From Lingula anatina (lineage: Eukaryota; Animalia; Brachiopoda): DNA of 64,000 bases. The notes below the pieces were generated by a model that worked only from the letters and a program-made list of their open reading frames with translations, was not told the DNA's origin and did not search any database. Below, piece by piece: positions 52,694-64,000 of the stretch (position 1 is the first letter of the stretch; the number at the start of each line of letters is the position of its first letter). The DNA lies in NCBI GenBank assembly GCA_051362555.1, contig CM120640.1:60924788-60988787 (forward strand), read 5' to 3'. The translations under genes and the position numbers were made by a program.

Positions 52694-55600
52694 TGTTAAG
52701 GGATGCTCCCTCTTATTGATACTTGTTATATAATAAACGCTCCCAGGGCACTTCCGGTTCAGTTATATCCACGTGTTTGACTTATTTCATTAACATGGTG
52801 TCAGAATTTCGTGCTCACGTCTACATAAGCTGAAGACACGATTTCTAAAGTGGTCAAGAACTAAGTTAAAAGACCAGAGAAACAGAAGGTATGTGTGATA
52901 CAAAGAAGAAATCTGTTGATCATACGATTTTATGGATGAAAAGTGGAACCGACTGAACAGAAATTCAGGCATCGGAAGTCGATAATAAAAAAAAAACTCT
53001 GGTGATTAGTGAAAGACATATATTCATGAGTTTTTTTTTTAGAAGTTACAAACTGGACAGATTTAACAAGCAAATACTGCTGATTGTGACCTGAAAGTAG
53101 AACTGCAGAAACTGTGTATTTGTTACATAGATTAATCATGTCTACCAGTACTAGTACACCCCCAGTTACCCCTGCAACAGCGAATTTGTTACCTCCGCCA
53201 CAGCCTATGGACGTGAAGGGACATTGTGCAACTAACTGGCAATTTTTTAGAGACACATGGAAGAATTATGAAATTGCAACAGAACTAAATCTTAAGTCGG
53301 AAGAGATAAGAGTAGCTACCTTACTTACGGTCATGGGCAAAGACTGTTTTCAAATATTTCAGAATTTAGCCCTGAGTGATGATGATCGCAAGGACTCTAA
53401 AATAATACTGGAAGCTTTGACAAATCATTTTGAGCCACAACGCAACATTGTTTATGAGAGATACGTGTTTAATACTTGTACACAAGAGCCCAGTGAAGGG
53501 ATTGATGCCTATGTGAACAGGCTGCGGAAACTCAGTGCCACTTGCAAGTATGGAACGCTTTTAGATGAAATGATCAGAGACCGTATTGTGATAGGGGTGA
53601 GAGACTCTGTTGTCCGGGCTAGATTGTTGCGTGAAAAGGACCTTACATTAGCAAAGTGTATTGACACGTGTCGTGCGAGTGAAATGACGACGCAGCAACT
53701 TAAAGCCATAGATGGTGAGGTCGAAACTGTGCATGCTGTGAAACCAAAAATGAAAAAAGCCGGGACAAAGATGAAGACGGCAGTATCTGAACACAAGACA
53801 GACAAGAAAGGAGAGCAAAAACAGAAGAGCCATTCGGATTGTAGCTACTGCGGGACGCAACATCCCAAGCGTCAATGCCCAGCATGGGGTCGCCGCTGTA
53901 AGAAGTGTGGACGTCTAAATCATTTCGCTAGCATGTGTAGGTCACAAGGGGCCAAAGTCCACCAAGTCGATAATTCTGATCCTGAAGATAGCGACTCCGA
54001 ATCGTCAGTATTCACAGTTAAAACCGGCAGGACCACATATCTTGTTGAACCATCAGTCCAATACAAGAGAAGCAGCTCTTGGATGCCACAAGTATTCCAA
54101 TTAGACAATGGAGCAGGTGTAAACTGTTTGAGATATGAGGATTGCTGTCGCATAATGAGCACTAATGAGCCAGTCTTGAAGAAAAGCAGCAAGAGACTAA
54201 CCTCATACAGTGGTAACCGTGTTGAGAATATGGGGCAGGTGACACTTAACATGAGAATAAACAACCGTGAAGAATACGTAAAGTTTCTTGTAGTGAAAAA
54301 TGTCACTTGTTCGTTACTCAATGGAGAGACGTCAGAGAGATTTGGTCTGATGAAGATAAAGAGAGATGTTCTCATCAACGTTGTTAGCACGGAACTGTCA
54401 GAGGATGATATCTTCGCCAAGTATAATGATGTGTTTAGTGGTTTAGGTGACCTAGGAGAATACCACATTGAGCTGGACCCTAAGGTTATACCAAAACAAG
54501 ACTCACCAAGGTCAGTACCAGTAGCTTTGAGAAAAGAGCTAAAAGAAAAGCTGGCGAGCATGGTGAAACAAGGCATCATTGAGAGGGTAAATCAGCCAAC
54601 GGATTGGATAAGCTCGATGGTGGCGGTGAGGAAGCCAGGCAAGTTAAGAATATGCCTAGACCCAAAAGAACTCAACAAAGCTGTAAAGATTCCAAAATTC
54701 AAACTTCCAACCTTGGAGGAAGTAAGTGCAAACTTGACTAATGCAAAAGTATTTAGCGTTATAGATGCTAGAGATGGTTTCCTTCAGGTGAGATTAGATG
54801 AGGAGTCCAGCCTTCTTACGACATTCAATACGCCATTTGGCAGGTATCGTTGGCGACGTTTACCATTCGGCATCTCATCAGCCCCGGAAGAGTTCCAGAG
54901 GCGAGTTATAGACCTACTGGACGGTCTTGACGGAGTCCAGACCATGGCAGACGACATCCTGGTGTATGGTAAAGGAGATACCTCTGAGGAAGCGATCAAG
55001 AATCATGACGAAAATATGATAGCACTATTAGAGAGATGTCGTGAGAGGAACTTCAAAATGAACAAGACTAAGCTTCGATTCAAATTGAACTCAGTTACTT
55101 ATCACGGGCACGTGATCTCAGATGAAGGTTTGAAAGCAGATCCATTGAAGGTGCAGGCCATAGTAGAAATGGAAAGGCCGGAGAACGCTAAAGCGGTGAA
55201 AAGACTACTTGGCATGGTGAATTACCTGGCCAAGTTCTGCCCTCATTTATCAACAGTGAGCGAACCACTGAGACGCTTGACGACTGAAGATGCACCCTTT
55301 ATATGGTCAGATCAGCACGAGCAGACGTTCTGTACATTGAAACAAATGTTGACAATGACCCCAGTTTTGAGATACTATAGCCTAACAGAGGAAGTTACAG
55401 TAGAAGCCGATAGCAGCGATTACGGGTTAGGTGCAGTCTTACTGCAAGCTGGACAACCTGTAGCTTTTGCATCAAGGGCATTGTCCAAAACAGAGCGCAA
55501 CTATTCTCAGATGGAAAAAGAATGTTTGGCCATAACATTTGCATGTAACCGTTTCGATCAGTATCTCCATGGCCGAGACTATATCACAGTACTCACGGAT

Positions 55601-57673
55601 CACCAAAACCTAGAGACAATATTCAAGAAACCAATCTTGGCTGCCCCAAAGCGACTTCAACGCATGCGCCTCAGGCTACAGAAATACCATATTGAGGTGA
55701 AGTACCAGCGTGGTAAAAAGATGTATATCTCTGATGCATTATCTAGAGCAACTGCGTCCAAGTCAGTAACTACCAAGGAGAACTCAGATTACGAGATTTA
55801 CACAGTAGAATCCGAGCAGAAGTTGGCCAAAGAAGTCGAGGAGATTGATTACTCGCAGTACAACAATGTGTCCGATGAGTCTCTGGAGCAAGTAAAGACT
55901 CATACACTTCGGGATGACGCTATGCAGTCACTGCTGATCCTAGTCATGGAAGGATGGCCTAGTGACAAAACTCAAGTTCCCCTGTTATGCCGTGAATACT
56001 GGCCATATAGAGACGAGTTATCCTGTCAAGATGGCATCCTCTATCGAGGCACCAGAGTAGTAATTCCTACTATCTTACGTAAACAGATGCTGGAGAGAGT
56101 CCATGCAACTCATCAAGGAACAGAGACAGCTATACGTAAAGCTAGAGATGCGATTTTCTGGCCTCAGATCAGCAATGACATTCGCAATGTGGTAGCAACT
56201 TGCAACGTCTGTCAGGAAAATCAGCCTCGCCAACAGAAAGAGCCAATGCATTCTCAGCCTATACCCAAGGAGCGATTTGAAATCGTCAGCAGTGATTTAT
56301 TTTCCATTCAAGGGGAAATTATTTGCTGCTTGTAGATCATTTCTCAAAGTACTGGGAGATCACTCAACTCAGTGACACTACTTCAGAAGCAGTGATCAAT
56401 GAATTGAAGCAGCAGTTTGCTCGACATGGCATTCCAAAGCTGTTTATCTCTGACAACGGGCCTCAATATCAGTGTCAGCAATTCCGAGAGTTCACCGAGG
56501 CGTGGAAGATTAACCATCATACATCATCTCCCCACCACCCCAGTGGTAACGGCACAGCTGAGGCAGCTGTTAAAGTGGCAAAGACCCTGATCAAGAGAAC
56601 AAAACAAGACGGTACCGATTTGTGGTTAGCAGTTTTAGAGCACAGAAACACGCCAGCCGCAGACAACACGGGGAGTGCAGCACAAAAGTTGATGAGTAGG
56701 CACACTAGATCGCTCATTCCCGTACGCTGTGACAAGCTAGAGCCAAAAGTAGTACCAAAAGACCAGGTATTTCAGAAACAAGTAAACCAGAAGAGAATAG
56801 CAAAGAAGTGTTATGACAAAGGAAGCAAGGAACTGCCTCCTCTGGTTATCGGACAGCCTGTGCGTACCAATCTAAGGCCGCAATCGTCAGTCTCATGGTC
56901 TGCTGGCAGAATAGTGGAGAAACTCGCCCCTCGATCCTATCTAGTGGAGCAAGACAACAAAATTTACCGCAGGAACCGTAGTCACCTCAGACCTAGTCGA
57001 GAGGTCACCACTCCAAACCAATCCCGGGGGACAGTAGCTGCAGAAACACCAGAGGTACCGATTAAACCCACTGACGTTACCAGCGAACCAATTATGATAC
57101 CCAGTCCCATAAAGTCAACTCCCAGTACGCCGTGCAAAACTACACCTCCACCACAGAGCAGTGAAGAGGAGGTCCATACCACTCGGTTCGGTAGACTCTT
57201 GAAGAAGCCAAAATACTTAGGAGATTATGTTGTGTATTCTAAGTGATGGGTCAGAATAATACCCATGGCAGAAAAGGGTGAGAGGCAGTCTACCTCAATG
57301 ACCCCATTGTAAAATAGTAGTTTGTTTTTTAGTTATAGTATAATGTTTTGAGTAGTGCTCCATATTACAAAGTCAGGACAATATAAACCAGAAAGTGACT
57401 TAAGTTGATCTTAGAACATAATTAAACATATGATATGGACTTGTTCAGATTAAAAAAAAAAAAAAAAAAAACATTTACACTGTTTCAAGTTATTGCGTTT
57501 ATTTTGAAATGTTGACTTGTTCGTGATTATTATAGTTGTTCTTTTTTCTTTTTTTTATGGGAAAAGGAGGATGTTAAGGGATGCTCCCTCTTATTGATAC
57601 TTGTTATATAATAAACGCTCCCAGGGCACTTCCGGTTCAGTTATATCCACGTGTTTGACTTATTTCATTAACA
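52694..57673 (+). mobile_element. Full-length Ty3/Gypsy (Mag-like) LTR retrotransposon
   Basis: Identical 102-bp TG..CA LTRs (52694-52795, 57572-57673); AAATC TSD (52689-52693, 57674-57678); PBS TGGTGTCAGAA at 52796; polypurine tract GGGAAAAGGAGGA before the 3' LTR. Confidence 0.97.
53138..57246 (+). CDS. Gypsy gag-pol polyprotein (two zinc knuckles, protease, RT, RNase H, integrase) with one frameshift near 56320
   Basis: CSYCGTQH...CKKCGRLNHFASMC; LDNGAGVN; RLPFG, MADD; ADSSDYGLGAVL; HHCC zinc finger; integrase VD / SDNG / NGTAE in the second frame (56323-57246). Confidence 0.93.
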
Positions 57674-58371
57674 AAATCTTTGAGTGAGAAAACTGGCGAA
57701 GAGGGGAGGAACGGTCATTTATGGGAGTAAATGCGACCAGATTGTGTACCCATAATGCATAATAGTAGATATAAATACAAAGAATCAGGGGCCCGTTTAA
57801 CTAAGCTTTCGTTAGTTAGAATTAATAATTATGGTGCTGGACACGAGTCGCGTCTCCTACAACTTTCAAAAAGTAGTGCAGCGCACAGAGGGCTTCGGCC
57901 TACGGGGGAAAGGGCGTGTGATCTTCACGTTGGTGGTTTGAGCCAAACAGGTCACCGTAGAGAATCTCCACCACACTTTTCACAGTTCTTCTAGTTTGGC
58001 GAAACCCGTCATAAATTTCACCCTCGGCATACGCTCCAAGGGATTCTGTCTGTGATAAAAAAAACCTTCGCGGTCTCCGTCGCCGTCTGGTCTCACGGAT
58101 GACAGGAAAGGCGACCGCCACCTTTCATAGAGACAAACGACAGAAAACAGTAAACTAAGCACCCGTTTCATTTCATTTATCACTCATGCGTATGATAAAT
58201 CTTCAGGGTTTGCGAGTGGTCTGGCCCACTCGCTAAATATCCATGGTAACTGCGAGATAATAACAAATGAGACTAAGTACTAGCGATGGCTTTGTTATAC
58301 GGAACTCATAACTAAAGAGACGTAAAGGATCGATCGCTTACTAACGAGAGTTTGGTGAAACGAGCTCCTGT

Positions 58372-61300
58372 CTAGTCCAATTCCAGATGCTCATTTGACA
58401 CTTGGTCAGAATCAAAATGTTTCTTTTTTGAGATATCTTTATCAGCTTCATCATGTTTTTTAGAACTCCCAACAGTTTGGAGAATTTTGTCTAATTTTAT
58501 ATTAATTCTTTCTTCAAGGCGTCCAAGCCTGAACTCAACGCCTTTCATGATTCTCTCCTCCATTTCTTCCATTTTTTGCAGAAGCTTTTTCTCTACCTTT
58601 TCTGTATGTGCTCTGTACCCACAATTTTTGCATAAATCTTCAGTTGATGTTTCTTCTGCACTTTGGTTTTCCTTTTCACTAATGCCATTAACTTGACCAC
58701 GCAACTTATCCAGCATGTTACACATGTCTGATAGCTGGGGTATCACACCTGCCTCAGAGGTATTGACTGTCCTACAGGTGGGAGGTTTGGAGGCGGTGTT
58801 GAGTTGAGACAAATTGGCAAATGTTGACATCAATCCACTCATAACTGAAAGTGCATTCTTTTGGTCTTGAGGCATTGCTGTATTGCCAATTCCCTGTCTC
58901 ATATCAAAAAGCGTTCTACTTTGATTCTGAAATATAAACAAAAGGATCCTGCGACTTATTCAATAAATTCATTAAAGTATTCTTATCATGTTTTCATCAC
59001 TCACTCACTAAAATAATAAAATTAAATTCCAAATGAATAATTAAAGAGTTTTGAAGATTCCAGTGAAAACCACTGGTCATTTTTAATAGTTGCATTCATA
59101 TTCCACTGAAAAACCATAACATGTCGAAATTATATCTGTCTAGTCACTTCTGCGGTGGCCCACAAGTGCACTCCAAATTCCAAACGACACTCCCAATTCT
59201 AAACCTCACTCCGAATATTTAAACTTCACTCTCAATTCTTAAACCTCACTCCGAATATTTAAACTTCACTCTCAATTCTTAAACCTTACTCCGAATATTT
59301 AAACTTCACTCTCAATTCTTAAACCTCACTCCGAATATTTTAACTTCACTCTCAATTCTTAAACCTCACTCCGAATTCGTAAACCCCACTCCGAATTCGC
59401 AAACCTCACTCCGAATTCGTAAACCCCACTCCGAATTCGTAAACCTCACTCTGAATTGAAAAAGCTCACTCCGAATTCGTAAACCTCACTCCGAATTGAA
59501 AAAGCTCACTCCGAATTCGTAAACCTCACTCCGATTTTAACCCCGCCGTATAAAGTCGGAAGTAATATTCTAAGATGGGCTAGGGGATTTTGCCAATAGA
59601 GGGCTTCGTGTGAAAACTAGTTATTTTTCATACTACTTGGTGCGCTGTATTCCCATTCACAAAATGATGACGTAGACGTATGACCCTTTTAAGCTCAAGG
59701 AAATAGAAGAAATGAAGAAAATAGGGATAAACATACATGTACTTAACAGCAAGTCACAATTAAAATATATTATGTTTACGTGTTTTCTTGTGTGTGTCGT
59801 TTTAAGGATTTATACATGTATTATGAATATGAGAACAGAATTACGAGTTGAAACAGCGTTGGAAGGAACAGATTTATGCACTACATGTATGTAAATAAAC
59901 GTGCGTTATTTATTATTTACAACTTCAAGCATTTTCACATGATTATTTTGAAATGAATGTTTAATACAGATAACATGTTTCAGGGTGTCGACATTGGCTT
60001 ATATTATTTATAAATGGGCAAAACAATCTGTATTATCATATACTGTAGGCCTACACATGTACCTGTTATATAACCGAGTATACTTGATAATAGTAATTAG
60101 TAGCCCCTCACTCTTTTGCAGCTGAAATATTCATCTAAGATCATAGATAATCTAATAATTGAAATTAATCAGATTAATTACACTTTATTAATCGATTTCG
60201 AATGAATAACATGCAGTGGTGGATGGGGGGGGGAGGCGTGTGAGGGGGGGTCTTGACCCCCCTTTTGAATTCTGTAAAAAAAAAATCACACCAATGTTAA
60301 AATTAGAATTTTGAATAATAGTTCTAAAATGTACCAAATAGCACTGTTCGCCCTATAAGGGGGGGGGGGCAGCTCTGCATGTGCAGCCTGCCATTCCAAA
60401 AAAAAACAGATCCCCCTTCAAATAATCCTGGATCCACCCCTGACATGTATGGATTATTAGTAGTATCAATCCTATGTTGAGAAAATTGGGAGCAGTGTCA
60501 CTTAATTTGTCCTTTTATTTATAATGGTAAACCTGTAAATTGCTTCTTGCCCCCAATTTGTGTCCCTGGCGAGAGAGAGTGTGTGTATGTGTGTGTGTGT
60601 AATTGTGAAAAATACTGAAAATAGCTGGAGAAGTCAATTGACCTTGTGACGTAAACTGTTGGTTTATTTTCGTAAGGTACAGTGCCGCCGGAATGTCCCC
60701 TTACCAAATGGCCGTATGGTTTCCCAACCCTGCCCCATATGGTCGAACAATAGAGGCCGTATGATAATTACAGGGTAGGGGACTCCCCAAGCAATCCTTA
60801 TCGGACACCCAAATTAGTCGGTTCAACGAACACGGTCTGCCCCTTCTTAATTGCCTCACTTAAGGTTTCTAGTATAGCTGATGCAAAGAGATTGCTATCG
60901 ACACGAGCAAACAATACCGGGTTATGTATCAACTGCAACAGAAGACTCGAGTAAAGGCAAGTCGAATATTAGAACAAAACTCTGAAGAACAAATCAGGCT
61001 TAGTTTTAAAACACGTATAACAATTTTATTTGATGATAATAAGTCACGATCAACAAAAGCGTAGTTAAAATAATTATATATAGCTAATACATCAAATAAA
61101 TATCAATATCTCATTACCTTTATTACATGTGTTGCTAGTTTAGTAGCCTGATGCACGACCTTCTCTTCGTCGTATTTCTTTAACACATAGTAAATGGCTT
61201 GTCGCGACAATTTATGGCCTTCATTTTCCATTTGTGCGGTTATGGTTTTATTTCGCAGCCCTTGTTCTCCGAGGGCGATGATACGCAGACGCACGTAATC

Positions 61301-63595
61301 GCTAAGAGGCATCTTGGAATTGTGATGATTTGGAAAATCTGAGTGTCGATTTATACCGTTCACTTGGCAGGTGACACGATGGTACAGAAATCAGTGACAT
61401 AAACATGTCATATTATACAAAATACTTATTGGCCATTTAGGAAGTCCAGATACACAAACAATCCTGTTGACACGTGTCAGTTGATTTAGAATTATGTGCA
61501 ATTGATTAGTTTGGATTGAAGAGCGTCATCGCAATGTTAACATTAATGTTAGACGACGCGTGTCACACAGTAGTGATTATGTAATAGTCAGGGCTTAATC
61601 ACTGTGTTTACCCAGCATGAATAAAGCTAACGTGAACTGATTGTTAATTAATGTGAGATGACACGTGCCAACCAGTGAAGTTAGCCTGAGAGATTGTAAT
61701 CCAGCTTTATAAATTAATTTCTTTTGATGCTTTTTGTCCTACGTAATCAAGGAATTAGTTTTTCGGCGGGCCGCCCGTCGCCTTGTCAAATAAAGAAATA
61801 TTCGAAATTCGACAACGGGCCAGTTTCCCAGGCAACTTTTGCGTTCAGTTGATGGGAAGGTTGTTTACGATTGATGAACGAATACGAAAGGACAGAAATG
61901 TTGCGGGTGTAGATGGGAGAGATCCTATATGCAAATATAGACAGAACTATATTAAAGATATGGCTAACAAAATGTTTATCACTGAAACAACTGACATGTC
62001 TTTTTGGAAAAAATGCATTTCGTCTATGAACAAAGCTAAATAAATAAGGACATACTATAAAAATAAATTTCAATCTTGTTAATAATATGTATATAGCAAA
62101 GACAGTTTGAAGCCTAATAAATATTACATGTACAAGTACGAGTAGTGTTTTATTTGGTCTTTAATAAATTCATAAATTCATTTATTTAACTCTATGTAAA
62201 TTCAATCAATTCATAGCTTCAATGTACACGAAAATTGCTGTCATCACCGAAATTTTTTGGTAAAGCGACTTTTAAAAAACACTGTTGGCAAGTTCTTATA
62301 CTTAAAATCTCCGTATCAGAGTAGAGTGATCAAAGTAGAGTGAAGCCACCGCGCATTAAAGGTCAATTAACGCTTGGACGAACACTTAATTGCGACCACG
62401 CTCACCTTCGATCTTTATCTCAGCGAGCTAGGGTTAGGCTCTTTTGTTAGCTGAAAGTTTGTCACGATAATTGCACGACGGGCAGGGTATGGAACTATTG
62501 TTAACAGAAACCAAACAGCGTATGGATGACAATGTTATTTCCATAGTTACCGAGCCAGGCCGTCCGTACAACCCGCAGCGACCCGGAGGGTAAGTAAGGG
62601 GACATTCCGGCGGCACTGTATGTATCACGCAAACCAAAATGTAACACAATTCGCACTGTTTGCTAAAACTCTCTCGAACCTTTCACTGGAAGCGCCCAGC
62701 TAAAAAAAAAAATTATTTGTCCCAGACGAATTACTGTTTCATAAGATTTCTCGAAGAGAACTTTGATGAGAATTGGCATAGTGGAATTGGGAGTGAGCTT
62801 TTTGAATTCGGAGTGACGTTTACGAATTCGGAGTGAGGTTTGCGAATTCGGAGTGAGCTTTTTCAATTCGGAGTGAGGTTTACGAATTCGGAGTGAGGTT
62901 TGCGAATTCGGAGTGAGCTTTTTCAATTCGGAGTGGGGTTTACGAATTCGGAGTGAGGTTTACGAATTCGGAGTGAGGTTTACGAATTCGGAGTGGGGTT
63001 TACGAATTCGGAGTGAGGTTTAAGAATTGAGAGTGAAGTTTAAATATTCGGAGTGAGGTTTAAGAATTGAGAGTGAAGTTTAAATATTCGGAGTGAGGTT
63101 TAAGAATTGAGAGTGAAGTTTAAATATTCGGAGTGAGGTTTAAGAATTGAGAGTGAAGTTTAAATATTCGGAGTGAGGTTTAAGAATTGAGAGTGAAGTT
63201 TAAATATTCGGCGTGAGGTTTAGAATTGGGAGTGTCGTTTGGAATTTGGAGTGCACTTGTGGGCCACCGCACACTTCAAATTATTTTCCTTTTAAAGATT
63301 TTAATATTTTTCAATGGTCTCACAATTATTCTGTGAAGCATCATATTTGCAGTAAAATATTTAATTTGACTCTCTCCCAGCCACTACTAACCTCCTGATA
63401 TTGCTCAATGGTCTGCATACATGCCTTTGCCTTGTCTGTTATTGGAACATCTTGTTGCATGTCCTGGAGGAGAGCTTTCACCTTGGTAAAATCAAAAGAT
63501 GTCCCTAAAGATGTAGATGAAGTCTCCTTGGATTTAACTAGTGAAATCTCTAGGGCAACCACTTTCATGGCTGTTTTTCTTGGCAAAGATAAACA
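58372..63595 (-). CDS. PAAT: PAAT / C10orf88-like protein, last two coding exons (63595-63392, 58926-58372); 5' part outside window
   Basis: FDFTKVKALLQDMQQDVPITDKAKACMQTIEQYQE and C-terminal coiled coil LLQKMEEMEERIMKGVEFRLGRLEERINIKLDKIL resemble conserved PAAT blocks as recalled, not searched. Both exons are phase 0 with GT/AG. Confidence 0.68.
60214..60442. mobile_element. Small MITE with CAG(T/G)GGTGGAT termini, nested in the foldback
   Basis: CAGTGGTGGAT ... ATCCACCCCTG, with ACATG on both flanks and G/C homopolymer tracts inside. Confidence 0.5.
61103..61312 (-). pseudogene. N-terminal HTH fragment of a Tc1/IS630-like transposase
   Basis: MPLSDYVRLRIIALGEQGLRNKTITAQMENEGHKLSRQAIYYVLKKYDEEKVV has the paired-like HTH pattern; no DDE domain follows. 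Confidence 0.7.
61759..62043 (+). CDS. BEN-domain ORF or exon (no ATG; starts after AG at 61757-61758)
   Basis: GNFCVQLMGRLFTIDERIRKDRNVAGVDGRDPICKYRQNYIKDM...FWKKCISSMN matches the BEN pattern (NF..L...LF..E....NV.G..G...l.....IK...W..C...N). Confidence 0.7.
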   Translation, partial: FFGGPPVALSNKEIFEIRQRASFPGNFCVQLMGRLFTIDERIRKDRNVAGVDGRDPICKYRQNYIKDMANKMFITETTDMSFWKKCISSMNKAK

Positions 63596-64000
63596 CTGAA
63601 AAGAAATGATGGTTTACAATAATTAAATGAAGCATTTCATTATGTCAAACCAAATGTAAACAAGAAAAAAAAGAGACATCTTTAAAAGAAATCTTTGAAA
63701 TTGATTCTTCTCTAAAAAGTGAAAATATACAATTACTATCTTTTTTATTATAGTCTTGTTCTCTTTAGGTTTAACTTAATACAGAAACTGGTATTACTCT
63801 ATGAAGAAGACAATCAAGGTTTTTTTTAAGTGCAATGGAAACCCCCATCAGGATGATTAAGTGATTCCTGGTTTAAACCGAATCTGATGAGAACATAACA
63901 TTAATGTCTGTGAGCCTATGTAAAGATTGAAATAACACATACAGGCACATCATTTCAGGGATGTGTAAAAATACATACTCTTAACATGGCTGAAGATGCA

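Larger units (their letters stand above)
60680..62618. mobile_element. Tc1/mariner (IS630 superfamily) element nested in the foldback, carrying transposase-HTH and BEN-domain ORFs
   Basis: Perfect 25-bp TIR CAGTGCCGCCGGAATGTCCCCTTAC; TA on both flanks (60678-60679, 62619-62620). Confidence 0.88.
59151..63271. mobile_element. Foldback-type DNA transposon with long modular TIRs and a 6-bp TSD (IS3EU-like)
   Basis: Termini TGCGGTGGCCCACAAGTGCACTCC...; CACTTC duplicated at 59145-59150 and 63272-63277; arms (59151-59534, ~62790-63271) built of 40-bp and 20-bp tandem units. Confidence 0.85.

Noticed and set aside
57900-58183. Minus-strand short ORFs with a signal-peptide-like start (MKRVLSLLFSVVCL)
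   Set aside because: Short, no recognisable domain, would need a frameshift; more simply PAAT 3' flank or UTR.
59201-59534. CRISPR-like regularly spaced repeats
   Set aside because: Contiguous tandem units with no unique spacers and no cas genes; they are the arms of a eukaryotic foldback transposon.
62663-62926. Repetitive ORF KKLTPNSQTSLRIRK
   Set aside because: Translation of the 20-bp TIR subrepeats.

Overview
AT-rich, intron-rich animal genomic DNA; the repeat families and CpG pattern suggest an invertebrate, possibly a lophotrochozoan (inference). Host genes were rebuilt by hand from GT/AG splice sites and reading phase. They are: the 3' exons of CREBRF/REPTOR (+); a 13-exon Cys-rich type I membrane protein (-); a head-to-head, 30-exon, ~1576-aa vinculin/alpha-catenin paralog (+) with an intronless class A GPCR nested antisense in one intron; an intronless orphan ORF with two RVxF motifs (+); and the last two exons of a PAAT/C10orf88 homolog (-). 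Mobile DNA includes a full-length RTE LINE abutting an L2/CR1 LINE, two Helentron-type (HINE) elements, a Sola-like TIR element, Tourist- and Kolobok-type MITEs, a BEL/Pao remnant and a very young Gypsy with identical 102-bp LTRs. An IS3EU-like foldback in the PAAT intron contains a Tc1/mariner element that carries a transposase HTH and a divergently oriented BEN-domain ORF. The strongest leads are that two-gene Tc1+BEN element and the vinculin/catenin paralog with a multiplied helical bundle. No database searches were run; family calls rest on recognised motifs.
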